Assembly: GCA_018221305.1 (NCBI GenBank)
Contig: JAAOYK010000056.1
Span: 26,863-90,862 of the forward strand
Origin: Candidatus Pacearchaeota archaeon
GTDB taxonomy: Archaea > Nanobdellota > Nanobdellia > Pacearchaeales > GW2011-AR1
DNA: 64,000 bases
Direction: 5' to 3'
A program made the position numbers and the translations under genes. The notes beneath the pieces are model-generated. The model did no database searches. It saw nothing but the letters and a program-made list of their open reading frames with translations, and was not told where the DNA came from. Below are positions 47,542 to 56,932 of this stretch, piece after piece (within the stretch, counting starts at the first letter, position 1; every line of letters starts with the position of its first letter).

Positions 47542-48180
47542 ATGGAATCTGGGAATCGGTATTCTGGTTCAGGGGGATCTGGAAGATCTAATCGAGGAAA
47601 TGGTAATTCTAGGTTTGGTTCTAATCGTTTTAATTCTAACCGTTCTAATAGCAATGGGTATAATGGTAATAGGTCTAACGGTAACTCTGTTAATGGTAAT
47701 CGGAAAGCTGATCGGCCCCCGAGGTCTAGGGGCTCTTCTGATACGCTTTTAAATCAGATTGTAACCTTTAGGATTGATAGTCATGTAAAATCCCGTTGGA
47801 GATTTGTGCCTTATGCTCAGGGGAAAACTTTCCCAGTACTTTTAGGGGATGTCCCTGATGAGCTTCATGTTGGGGACCAGTTTAATACAATTATTGCAAA
47901 AAGAAAACAAAGTTCTATTGAAGGAAAAACACATAAGACTCCGCACAGAACGTTTCAATTACGCGAAAATGGTTATATTGGTCATATGATTTATGATGAT
48001 TCTATGAATGTGTCAAATACTAAAACACTTGATAGAAAATATGTAAGGCAGAACTTGGTTTATCGGGTCGAAGTTGTCCAAGCCCCTAGTAGTTTTGATG
48101 TGTTTAAATTTCGGCCTCTTAGTTTTATTTCTCGCACGGATTCTCTTATTAATTGTCACTATCAGGCAAAGGATGATTAA
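47542..48180 (+). CDS. hypothetical protein with G/S/N/R low-complexity N-terminus
   Basis: SNRFNSNRSNSNGYNGNRSNG repeats then a basic beta-rich domain. Confidence 0.65.
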   Translation: MESGNRYSGSGGSGRSNRGNGNSRFGSNRFNSNRSNSNGYNGNRSNGNSVNGNRKADRPPRSRGSSDTLLNQIVTFRIDSHVKSRWRFVPYAQGKTFPVLLGDVPDELHVGDQFNTIIAKRKQSSIEGKTHKTPHRTFQLRENGYIGHMIYDDSMNVSNTKTLDRKYVRQNLVYRVEVVQAPSSFDVFKFRPLSFISRTDSLINCHYQAKDD

Positions 48181-49316
48181 TTTTTATAACTTTTAATAAA
48201 ATCTTTTTTAAATTTAGAAAATGTGTTTGATTTGATATGCCCTCGTGCCTGTTGTATTATATTTGTTAAGAAGAAAAGGTTATGATATGAAGCAAGTTCT
48301 TTTCCAATGGGTTCTTGTTCACGAAGTAAAAATCTAATGTAAGCTCTTGTATAATTCTGACAAACAAAGCAATCGCATTTCTTGTCTATTGGATCTTTTG
48401 AATGTTCATATTTTTTGTTAAGAAGCTTGAGTGGGCCAATGCTAGTGAAAAGGGTTCCACGTCTTGCGTTTTGGGTCGGAAGACGAGAGTCAAACATGTC
48501 AACGCCTAAACCAATGGCTTCTAAGATTTCTATTGGAGAACCAATGCCCATTAAATAAATTGGTTTGTTTTCAGGTAAAATTGATTTCTGTAGTTTTACT
48601 ATTTTCATTTCTTCTTTCCAAGATTCGCCTAATCCAAAACCTCCGATTGAGTATCCATCAAAATTTAGTTTTGCTAAATCTTTTATTGATTGTTCTCGTA
48701 AATCTGGATGTATTCCTCCTTGAGTTATGCCAAAAAGTAATTGCTGCCTATTTTTTGGTTTTAATTTTTGTAGCTTGCTATGATGAATTTTGCATCTTTG
48801 TGCCCAAAGTGTTGTAAGTCTTACTGCTTCTTTTATTGAAGTTTTACTTTCTTCATACATTGGCATAGAATCCAGACACATTGCGATGTCACTATTTATT
48901 GCTAATTGTATTTCCATGTTTTTTTCAGGGGTCATAAAAATCTTGTCACCATTTTTTGGATTTTTAAAATGAACTCCAATGTCATTTGATTTTAGATATA
49001 TAGATTCACTGTACATTTGAAAACCTCCAGAATCTGTCACATTTATTCCATGAAAGTTCATAAATTTTCTAATTCCACCAAGTTTTTTTATTAATTTTTC
49101 TCCTGGGTTTAAATGAAGAATTAATGCATTGGAAATTATTACATTTGCTCCTATTTCTTTTAGCTGGGGGGTGTTAATGAATTTTGCTGCAGCTTTGGTT
49201 GCTACTGGCATAAAAAACGGTGTTTTGACTGTTCCAGACTTTGTGTGAAGCAGGCCTGTTCTTGCTTTTGTTTTTGAATCAGTGTGTGTTATTTGAAATA
49301 CTTTTTGACTTTCCAT
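48177..49316 (-). CDS. tgt: bacterial-type tRNA-guanine(34) transglycosylase
   Basis: ARTG..TPFFMPV, TDSGGFQ, GITQGG, YLMGIG, GVDMFD, CDCFVC...HN; no PUA extension. Confidence 0.93.
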   Translation of the reverse strand: MESQKVFQITHTDSKTKARTGLLHTKSGTVKTPFFMPVATKAAAKFINTPQLKEIGANVIISNALILHLNPGEKLIKKLGGIRKFMNFHGINVTDSGGFQMYSESIYLKSNDIGVHFKNPKNGDKIFMTPEKNMEIQLAINSDIAMCLDSMPMYEESKTSIKEAVRLTTLWAQRCKIHHSKLQKLKPKNRQQLLFGITQGGIHPDLREQSIKDLAKLNFDGYSIGGFGLGESWKEEMKIVKLQKSILPENKPIYLMGIGSPIEILEAIGLGVDMFDSRLPTQNARRGTLFTSIGPLKLLNKKYEHSKDPIDKKCDCFVCQNYTRAYIRFLLREQEPIGKELASYHNLFFLTNIIQQARGHIKSNTFSKFKKDFIKSYKN

Positions 49317-49396
49317 AGGGATATTTAAGAAATAGGTCTTTTAAGGGTTTTTGTTTACAGAAACATTTAAATATGTTGGTTACGAATCGTATACAG

Positions 49397-49573
49397 ATGG
49401 TAACTAACAAAGAGACTACAGTTAAGGTCAGTAGATGGCTTGTCGAAGAAATTGATAAGTATGTTAATAAAAACATGAAAAATGCTTCTGATTTTCCTTC
49501 TAAACGAAATTTTGTTGATCGTGCAATTATGCTTTTACTTGAAGAAAAGGGGGTTAAGTTAGATGAAAAATAG
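49397..49573 (+). CDS. ribbon-helix-helix (CopG-like) protein
   Basis: TTVKVSRWLVEEIDKYV...SKRNFVDRAI. Confidence 0.75.
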   Translation: MVTNKETTVKVSRWLVEEIDKYVNKNMKNASDFPSKRNFVDRAIMLLLEEKGVKLDEK

Positions 49574-49745
49574 ATTAGAACTGCAAGGAAGAATAGAAGA
49601 TGCACGTGAATTTTTTGAGCGTTTGGAGCATTTGAAGGGTCGAAATGCGGCTGTTGAAGATGTTAAGAGGATCTGTGTTGCACATCTTTTAATTAAGACC
49701 AAATCTCAAATTAATACTCAAAATTCTGTATTACGTAAACATTAA
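49563..49745 (+). CDS. small hypothetical protein
   Basis: Overlaps the RHH gene stop (translational coupling). Confidence 0.5.
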   Translation: MKNRLELQGRIEDAREFFERLEHLKGRNAAVEDVKRICVAHLLIKTKSQINTQNSVLRKH

Positions 49746-49768
49746 TTATATCGCTAAGAGCGATATAA
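49746..49768. terminator. perfect 10-bp hairpin between convergent units
   Basis: TTATATCGCT-AAG-AGCGATATAA. Confidence 0.55.
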
Positions 49769-49773
49769 ATATA

Positions 49774-49894
49774 TGAGCCTACCAGGATTTGAACCTGGGA
49801 CCCCTGCCTTTCTTAGCAGATGCTTAGAAAATACATTTCTAGTGAAACATACTCTTATAAGAGCAGTGCTCTGACCTGACTGAGCTATAGGCTC
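49774..49894 (-). tRNA. tRNA-Ile(UAU) with 46-nt canonical intron (49810-49855)
   Basis: GAGCCTA/TAGGCTC acceptor; CTGCT-CT-TAT-A|intron|A-GGCAG; BHB central helix CTTA/TAAG. Confidence 0.92.
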
Positions 49895-50004
49895 ATATTT
49901 ATATTATTGCAATATTAGCAGCATTTTTAAACCTTATTAAATGAACAAAAATCAAAATCTTTATAAACTGCGAAGTATATATTCAAATGTAAAAAGAGGA
50001 AAAA

Positions 50005-50391
50005 ATGGCACGAAAAAAAGTTTCTAAAAAGAAGACCAAACGATCTGGTAAGAAGGGTAAGCATCATGATAGTAAAGCAGATGTAAAAAAAGATAATGAA
50101 AAATTGATGGCTTTTGTTGCTGTATTTTTTACAATCATTGGATTTATTGTTGCATTAATTATTAGGCGTAATGATAAATATATAATGTATTATGCAAAGC
50201 AAGGCTTAGTGTTATTTATTGCATTTGTTCTTGTGGGTATTATTGGAAGTTTGCCAGGTCTTGCTTGGCTTAGCGGAATTCTTTGGATATTAGTTATTGT
50301 ATTGTGGATTATTGCATGGATTAATGCTATTTCTGGACAAGCAAAAAAGACTTTTATTATTAGTGAGATTGCTGAAAAAATTGATCTGTAA
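50005..50391 (+). CDS. DUF4870-like membrane protein
   Basis: YIMYYAKQGLVLF...WINAISG. Confidence 0.8.
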   Translation: MARKKVSKKKTKRSGKKGKHHDSKADVKKDNEKLMAFVAVFFTIIGFIVALIIRRNDKYIMYYAKQGLVLFIAFVLVGIIGSLPGLAWLSGILWILVIVLWIIAWINAISGQAKKTFIISEIAEKIDL

Positions 50392-50435
50392 TAATACTCA
50401 ATAAGGTTTATATGTTTTGAAGTTCTTTAATTATT

Positions 50436-50630
50436 ATGAAATTAAGTCTATTGAAGCGTCTTGCAGATACTTGCGCAAAAGATTCTGTAGAAATTGGTCA
50501 ACTGGAACATCATGTGCCTAAGTATGTGCAAAAAGTTTCTAAGCAAAATAGAAAAACTGCAGGTCAGGCAAGGCGGGCATCTTACTGTGCTCACAAAATG
50601 CCTGCAAATTATAAGGGATTACTTGATTAA
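50436..50630 (+). CDS. small hypothetical protein
   Basis: 64 aa; TTTATAT upstream. Confidence 0.5.
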   Translation: MKLSLLKRLADTCAKDSVEIGQLEHHVPKYVQKVSKQNRKTAGQARRASYCAHKMPANYKGLLD

Positions 50631-50632
50631 AT

Positions 50633-50869
50633 TTACATTAATTCTCTAATTACTTTGTGTGTTCCTATTAGGATTATAAGTCCAACAAGGGTAGACGCCC
50701 ACAAACTTAAGGCAATATTTTTTGGGAAAACATAAATGTCCCATAATCCCCAAATTCCTCTCCAAAAAGAAATAACTGCAAATCCAATTATAAGTGCATA
50801 AAGTATCTTTTCAGTTTTTTTTAAATCTCTTTTAAGCGAAGGTTTCTCCTTTCTTTTCCTCTTTTTCAT
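50633..50869 (-). CDS. small membrane protein
   Basis: VISFWRGIWGLWD 2-TM motif. Confidence 0.75.
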   Translation of the reverse strand: MKKRKRKEKPSLKRDLKKTEKILYALIIGFAVISFWRGIWGLWDIYVFPKNIALSLWASTLVGLIILIGTHKVIRELM

Positions 50870-50923
50870 ATTTTTATAAGAAATTTATTATTTATAAACC
50901 TTTTTTATCTCTAATTTTGCAAA

Positions 50924-51484
50924 TTATTTAAATTTAAATACATAAATCATTCTTCCGAATGGATGAGTATTAAAAATACGATTTAAAATTTTTTTAAGTT
51001 TTCCAACTTTTTGAAAGGGGACTGAAATCTTTTTTATAGGTTTGACTCCCAAGGTCCAATCTTTTATGATTGCATTATTAATCTTGTTATGATTTTTATA
51101 TTTAGATTTTGTCCATTTATATGGAAAACTAAGGATCGCGTATTTTGAGATTCTCATAACCTCACGAAAAGCCTGTTTTTGCCTTCCATCTAAATGTTCC
51201 CAAACTTGTAATGCAATAAATAAGTCGTATTGTTTGTCTTGTATTGGCCAAGGAACAATCCCTGCATCTTGAGGATATTTAATGCCTTTTAGATGATTAT
51301 CACAATCCATAATGTCTGAGCCTGAAACAAAAGGCGCTCGATAAGGTCCAAGTTCTAAAACATTACTCGGTTCAATCTTTTTAATAACTTCAATAACTTC
51401 TTTAAAATACTTCCACCGCCCCCTATAATATTCATCAGATTCTCCAAGCCTTAAATATTCCTCATGGGTTAATAATTTCATCAA
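50924..51484 (-). CDS. methyltransferase-fold protein
   Basis: VLELGP, YDLFIALQVWEHL, AFREVMRIS. Confidence 0.75.
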   Translation of the reverse strand: MMKLLTHEEYLRLGESDEYYRGRWKYFKEVIEVIKKIEPSNVLELGPYRAPFVSGSDIMDCDNHLKGIKYPQDAGIVPWPIQDKQYDLFIALQVWEHLDGRQKQAFREVMRISKYAILSFPYKWTKSKYKNHNKINNAIIKDWTLGVKPIKKISVPFQKVGKLKKILNRIFNTHPFGRMIYVFKFK

Positions 51485-51581
51485 AATAGTGTTGTATCTT
51501 TGATTTATAAACTCTTATCAATAAGTTTAAAAAGCAAAATTTTTTATAAAGAGTATTAGTTTCTTTTAAACAAACTAATCT

Positions 51582-51654
51582 GCCCCTGTAGTGCAGCGGC
51601 CAAGCATCCGGCCCTTTCGAGGCCGTGACCCGGGTTCGAATCCCGGCAGGGGCA
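51582..51654 (+). tRNA. tRNA-Glu(UUC)
   Basis: GCCCCTG/CAGGGGC acceptor; CGGCC-CT-TTC-GA-GGCCG anticodon arm. Confidence 0.97.
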
Positions 51655-51731
51655 TGTCTATATTATGATTAAAAAGTGGGACTCGGAATTTGTATAGAAA
51701 ATACTAAAAAGTACTAATTCTCTAATAAGCT

Positions 51732-52346
51732 ATGGCTTTTAATTGTGAAGTTTGTAAAGAAGAAATAACCGAAAAAGAAAATAATTATTCTACAAAAAAC
51801 TGCGGAAGACCATTATGCAGGAAACATCAGCATACTAAAAATAACAGCATGTCAAAAAAAGATATGTATTCTAAAGAAAATATGATTAAAGGAAGGATCG
51901 CTGAAACTTTAATCGAAGAACTCTTTCTTTATTTAGGATATAATGTATTCAGATATGGTATGGAAAATACAGTTCCGGGGGTCATGGGCTTATTAAAGGG
52001 AGTAAGAAGCGATGTTGCAGATAATATAAGACGTATGCCAGATTTTGTTATACAAAGCAATAGTGGAGAAAACAAAGGGGAAGTATATTTTATTGAAGTG
52101 AAATTTAGAGCAAGTGAAGAATTTTCAATAAAAAACCTACCAAAAAATTATCCTTTTGAAAATTGCTATTTTATTCTTGTTTCAAAAAAACATATCAAAT
52201 GCATTTCCTACAAAGAACTTCAAGCTGGAAAAGTGATCAGTCCAAAATCTCAAAATTATCTTGGAAGCCGAAAAGAATTTGCATTAGATAAAAAGGTTAT
52301 AATCGAATTTTGTAATTTTGCAGTTAAGTTTTTTGAGAATGTTTAA
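51732..52346 (+). CDS. PD-(D/E)XK nuclease with N-terminal zinc finger
   Basis: CxxC...LCxxH; GRIAE, MPDF, FIEVKFR. Confidence 0.8.
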   Translation: MAFNCEVCKEEITEKENNYSTKNCGRPLCRKHQHTKNNSMSKKDMYSKENMIKGRIAETLIEELFLYLGYNVFRYGMENTVPGVMGLLKGVRSDVADNIRRMPDFVIQSNSGENKGEVYFIEVKFRASEEFSIKNLPKNYPFENCYFILVSKKHIKCISYKELQAGKVISPKSQNYLGSRKEFALDKKVIIEFCNFAVKFFENV

Positions 52347-52384
52347 AAATTCATAAGAATTTAGAGGTTTATTAAGAAAAAACA

Positions 52385-53254
52385 CTAGGCAGTAATTAAT
52401 TCTTTTTTAGAGATCATAAAATTTATCTGGGGTTTCGGCTTTACAAATAATTTAGAAGTTTGAGTATCGTATAATTTTTTTGTTCCATATTTTATATGAT
52501 ATTTAATTCCTCTTTTTTTACAAAAATTCTCAACAATCTTTGCACATCTTTCATAAAATTCTTCATTCTTGTTAAATGCACTACTCTTAACATTATAATT
52601 TAATTTACCAAAGATTATATTATTAACAAAAGAGATCTCATTCAGTAATTTGATTAATGCTTGAAATGGATTTTTTTCTTTACTAATGTTTGGAGTAGGA
52701 TAAGGTTCCATACTAACCCAAGTTTTTAGTCCGGCTTTATGTAATCTTTTTAGAGATTTAATTCTTCCACGATAAGGGGCACTATTTGGTTCAAACCGAT
52801 TTTTAAATTCTTTATTTAAAGATACTAAGGTAATCCCATATTCATTATTCCTACTATATTTTTTAATATCCTTTAGATTTGTAGGATATATTCCTTTGGT
52901 TAAAACAGTACATTTAATCCCATTAACATTTAATTTATTAATTATTTTCAAAGTCATATCAGTAACTTCAGGATATTTATACATAAATGGATCTGTAGTA
53001 AAACACAAATGAACAAATTTTATTTCATCCTTATATTTTGGAATTTCTTTATCTAAAAGTTCTAATGCATTTTTAACAAGTTTTGGTTGTTTCCACCCTT
53101 CAAAAGATTTAACTTTTCCAAATCTTCTTGCCATATTATATGCATAACAAGGGAATGTGCATCCATGAGAACAACCTTCAACATGATTTATACAAAAGTC
53201 TGCATACTCAACCTTACTCTTATACAATAAGCTCTTTCTAGTAACTTTCTTCAT
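52385..53254 (-). CDS. radical SAM protein (SPL-like)
   Basis: INHVEGCSHGCTFPCYA (CX3CX3C), TTDPF, LTKG, WVSMEP. Confidence 0.88.
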   Translation of the reverse strand: MKKVTRKSLLYKSKVEYADFCINHVEGCSHGCTFPCYAYNMARRFGKVKSFEGWKQPKLVKNALELLDKEIPKYKDEIKFVHLCFTTDPFMYKYPEVTDMTLKIINKLNVNGIKCTVLTKGIYPTNLKDIKKYSRNNEYGITLVSLNKEFKNRFEPNSAPYRGRIKSLKRLHKAGLKTWVSMEPYPTPNISKEKNPFQALIKLLNEISFVNNIIFGKLNYNVKSSAFNKNEEFYERCAKIVENFCKKRGIKYHIKYGTKKLYDTQTSKLFVKPKPQINFMISKKELITA

Positions 53255-53293
53255 TTTTCACCTTTTTATATGAATATAATGGAAGCCTCATTT

Positions 53294-54418
53294 TTATATG
53301 TTGTTATTTAAATTGTTAAAATCGATAATTGTTTTTCCCGGAGGAAATACGCCCCTTCTATTCTGCCCATTTCTCTCAACAGAAATCTTTTTATCTTCTT
53401 CCATTTCAGTAAGAACAACCCTAGCATGTTTATCTAAAAAAGATGTTTTAACAAGTACGTAGTCGAATACTTCTTCAACATCTACTTTCTTAAATTTAAA
53501 TTCTTCAACAATTTCTTTTTGCAACCGATTATAATCCGGTTCATTAGAGAATAAAACTGATTGATTGGGATTGTAGGTAAAATCCGAAAAAGTAAATTCT
53601 CCACTATCATCTACAGACCACATAGCTTCCTTCATTTTTTTTAATCCCAATTTATTCTTTGTGACAAAAAAAAGAACATAATCTTTCTTATTGAATTTAT
53701 TAACCATATCAAATGTTCTAATATAACATTCCCCTTCGCAAGAATTACGTAATTGTTTTTCGTATAAAGATACTAAAAATAAATATCTTTCTTTCGGTGT
53801 TTTATAATTATGAACTTCTTTCCATTTAGATTCTTCTCCAAATAAAGCGCATACATTTTTTTTATTTTGAGGAAGAGAAATAAATCGAATTAATTCCTCG
53901 TACATAAAGTTAATGAGTACTTCACAAGACTTTTTATTCATCATACGACTAATAGTATTCAAGGATAATCCTTTAATACCAAAAGGATCTATGAAGCAAA
54001 AAGTAGGAGCTATATTCTTATTATCTTTCTCTAATTCATTAAGAATATTATTAACCACTGTTTCAAATTCTGCATTGATTGTTTTTATCTTAAGATTTTC
54101 TTTAGAATAGCTTTTTAATTTTTCATTTAAATATTCTATTACTTTCTTTTCCTTATCTACAAAAATAAAACTTACTTCCTTTATTCTTTCTTTTAGTGAA
54201 TGTTCTAAATAACAATCAATTGCTATTATTGGTGAACCTTTAACTTTTTCACCTTTTTTAGTAAGATATTCTCCAGGTCCAGCAAAACCATCAAGATAAA
54301 TTATCCTCTTATTAGTTGAAGATAAAATAGCCATCCAAGGTTGAAGATACTTTCGAAGAATTTCATGTTTAGCAGAAGTATGGGGGTCAATTAGCCAAGG
54401 AATTTTTTTGATTTCCAT
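53294..54418 (-). CDS. tcmP: three-Cys-motif partner protein TcmP (methyltransferase-like fold)
   Basis: HTSAKHEILRKYL..W, YLDGFAGPG, GSP, FIDPFG, MKEAMW. Confidence 0.9.
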   Translation of the reverse strand: MEIKKIPWLIDPHTSAKHEILRKYLQPWMAILSSTNKRIIYLDGFAGPGEYLTKKGEKVKGSPIIAIDCYLEHSLKERIKEVSFIFVDKEKKVIEYLNEKLKSYSKENLKIKTINAEFETVVNNILNELEKDNKNIAPTFCFIDPFGIKGLSLNTISRMMNKKSCEVLINFMYEELIRFISLPQNKKNVCALFGEESKWKEVHNYKTPKERYLFLVSLYEKQLRNSCEGECYIRTFDMVNKFNKKDYVLFFVTKNKLGLKKMKEAMWSVDDSGEFTFSDFTYNPNQSVLFSNEPDYNRLQKEIVEEFKFKKVDVEEVFDYVLVKTSFLDKHARVVLTEMEEDKKISVERNGQNRRGVFPPGKTIIDFNNLNNNI

Positions 54419-54621
54419 AAATTTTTAGAACAAATATTCTTTATAAACCCCACTCTAAAACAAGGATAAATAATAAGCTATTTTTATCTTTTCCCCCTTA
54501 GCCCCCTTTCCCCCCATAGTATCTATGTATGTTTATACATATATACAGAGCACGATTTAGTGACTCTTTTGAGGCATCCCAACGTCGATGAAACTCCTTT
54601 TACACCCTAAAAATCTGGGTG

Positions 54622-55674
54622 TTAGATTTTCATTAATTTTTTAAGCTTTTTTCGCATATCTCTCCGTTGGGTGCACAATCCAAATTTTGAATATGCTTTA
54701 TATAAATCTCTATTAGAAACTACAATCATCCATCTTCTCCCATACCTATTTTTTAAAAATTCTATTTTATCCTTTAATTGTTTCTTTTTTCTTAATAAAC
54801 TGCCTGTTTCAACCTCTATTGCATATTTTTTAGATCTTATCTTAAATGTTATATCTGCATCTCGAGTATCATGATCTATTATTTTTTCAGTTTCTAAACA
54901 CTCTAATAATAATTGTTTGACATTCCAAACAAGAAAGGTGTGAGTTGCAGAATGATTTAAAATTTGCTTCACCAATACAGGAATTATTTTATTTTCGAGA
55001 ATACAATATTCATTAACTTGAGAAAATCCTTCTTCTTTCAAAACTTCAATCTCTTTTTCAGATAAATCCTCTTTTTTGAAAACTTTTTTATCATGTATAT
55101 CTAAATCTTCTTCTATTTTTTGTTTTATGTCCCTTTGTTTTGCTTCTAGATCTCTTTTTTCTCCTTCTAATTCAGAAACCTTTTTTTCTAATTCATAATT
55201 TTTTTCATAAATCTTTTCTAATTTTTCTTTATTTTTTGTTTTTATAAGAACTGCTTCTGCCTCTTTTACTTTTTTCTTAATTTCATTTTTATAATTCCAA
55301 AACCTAGATTCCAGAAACTTATCAGATCCTAGTTCCTCAATAAAACTCTCTAATTCTTTAGAGGTTAAGTATTCAAGATCTTTGTTAAGATATTTCTCGA
55401 CATATTCTTTATCTTGTTTTATTTTCTTTTTTCTCTCTTCTTTTTGTTTTGCAATCTTAAGGAGATAAACATGTAATTTATAATTAAGATAAATAAGAGT
55501 AATTAGGAAAATACAAATCATAACTAACTGAAAAATTAAGTTATGAATAAGATTGTTTAAACGCCCTGGAATTTTAGGGATTTCTTGTATTATTCCCATA
55601 ATAGCTTCATAGACCACATATCTTAGAAAAAGAAAAAATAAAATTGCAAGGATAACAAATTCATCTTGCTCCAT
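54622..55674 (-). CDS. membrane-anchored coiled-coil protein with C-terminal PD-(D/E)XK-like domain
   Basis: 2 TM helices, coiled coil, HSATH, ADITF...AIEVETG. Confidence 0.75.
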   Translation of the reverse strand: MEQDEFVILAILFFLFLRYVVYEAIMGIIQEIPKIPGRLNNLIHNLIFQLVMICIFLITLIYLNYKLHVYLLKIAKQKEERKKKIKQDKEYVEKYLNKDLEYLTSKELESFIEELGSDKFLESRFWNYKNEIKKKVKEAEAVLIKTKNKEKLEKIYEKNYELEKKVSELEGEKRDLEAKQRDIKQKIEEDLDIHDKKVFKKEDLSEKEIEVLKEEGFSQVNEYCILENKIIPVLVKQILNHSATHTFLVWNVKQLLLECLETEKIIDHDTRDADITFKIRSKKYAIEVETGSLLRKKKQLKDKIEFLKNRYGRRWMIVVSNRDLYKAYSKFGLCTQRRDMRKKLKKLMKI

Positions 55675-55676
55675 CC

Positions 55677-56846
55677 CTACTCCTTCACCATCCTTTCCAT
55701 TTTTAATACATACATACCAATAGTTTTCATTTGGCTTTTTAGGATATCTATTTCATTTTGCATAGAACTAACTTCTTCTTTTAAAATATCATTTTTATTT
55801 TCAGCCTTTACTAATCTCTTCTCAATCTCTGTTTTTGTTAAATCCATTAACATATCTTCCTCACTTATTGTATCACGCATCCCTAACATTTCGCTGTAAT
55901 AATGGATTTTATCTGATTTTTTCCAGCCAAATCTAAATTTTAGGGCAGATTCGGATTTATATCTTAATAACCAATAACAGCAACTGCAGTGCCTAAAATC
56001 ATACATTGTTAAATCTGAATATTTCTGTCCTGCAGGACTTTTCTCATCCCCTAAGATTCTTTTCCCTAATCTCTTCAGATAATTATTAACACTATAAGGA
56101 TTAATAGGAAATAGTTGATCATTTGGTTTTAAGTCCTTAACTTTAACATATTTTTTAATTAAATCAGAGCATAGCATTAACTTAATTTTCCTTCCAAAAG
56201 TTTTAGAAATTTCTTCTTTAATGTTCAATTCTTTAAAATCGTTTGATAGGTCTGAAACTCTTAAATTAACTAATTCGGTAGGACTTCTAATTCCTGTATC
56301 AAATAAAAACATAATTAAAATACTATATTCATATTTTGCTTCATCGCATAATTGCTTAATTTGTTCTTCTGTTAAATAAACCCATTCGGGTTTATCTCCC
56401 GTTGTATCTAAATATTGAGTTATGTCTGGAAGAGTTTGTCCTTCTTTATTCTTAATTTTTTGATACCAGTGCCAAAAAGCTTTATAGATTTTAGCATAAT
56501 CTCTAATGCTCTTGTATCTTTCACCATCCTGCCTTTTAACCTCTCCATTTCTCATGGCAGTAAAAAAAGAACATAGCTCATTTTCGCTTATTTCTGTTAA
56601 ATTTTTATTAAATTTAGTTTTAAAGTGCTTTGCTAAGAAAACCATACGATTTCTTAACGTGTTAAGCCGTGTGTAGCTTCTTGCCCCTTTTTTGTTAGAC
56701 ATAGAGATGTTTATGCCAAGTTCCATATCTTTTAGATATTGAAGAATTATCTCTGAATTTTCTTTAGACAAATCAGGGATTTGTCCCTGTATTAATTTTT
56801 TCCATCTCAAATACTTTTCTTTATTCTTATATGGATCGATCTTCAT
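55677..56846 (-). CDS. tyrosine recombinase/integrase
   Basis: DTGIRSPTE (R), SKT (K), YDFRH, FGW, HYY (Y); C-terminal coiled coil. Confidence 0.93.
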   Translation of the reverse strand: MKIDPYKNKEKYLRWKKLIQGQIPDLSKENSEIILQYLKDMELGINISMSNKKGARSYTRLNTLRNRMVFLAKHFKTKFNKNLTEISENELCSFFTAMRNGEVKRQDGERYKSIRDYAKIYKAFWHWYQKIKNKEGQTLPDITQYLDTTGDKPEWVYLTEEQIKQLCDEAKYEYSILIMFLFDTGIRSPTELVNLRVSDLSNDFKELNIKEEISKTFGRKIKLMLCSDLIKKYVKVKDLKPNDQLFPINPYSVNNYLKRLGKRILGDEKSPAGQKYSDLTMYDFRHCSCCYWLLRYKSESALKFRFGWKKSDKIHYYSEMLGMRDTISEEDMLMDLTKTEIEKRLVKAENKNDILKEEVSSMQNEIDILKSQMKTIGMYVLKMERMVKE

Positions 56847-56932
56847 CTTATTAGTCGTGTGTGTCTAGATGGAGCTTATTTTTAAATCTTGTCGAGAAGG
56901 AAAGGATGCGATGGGAGTGGTGGAAGAAGGGT

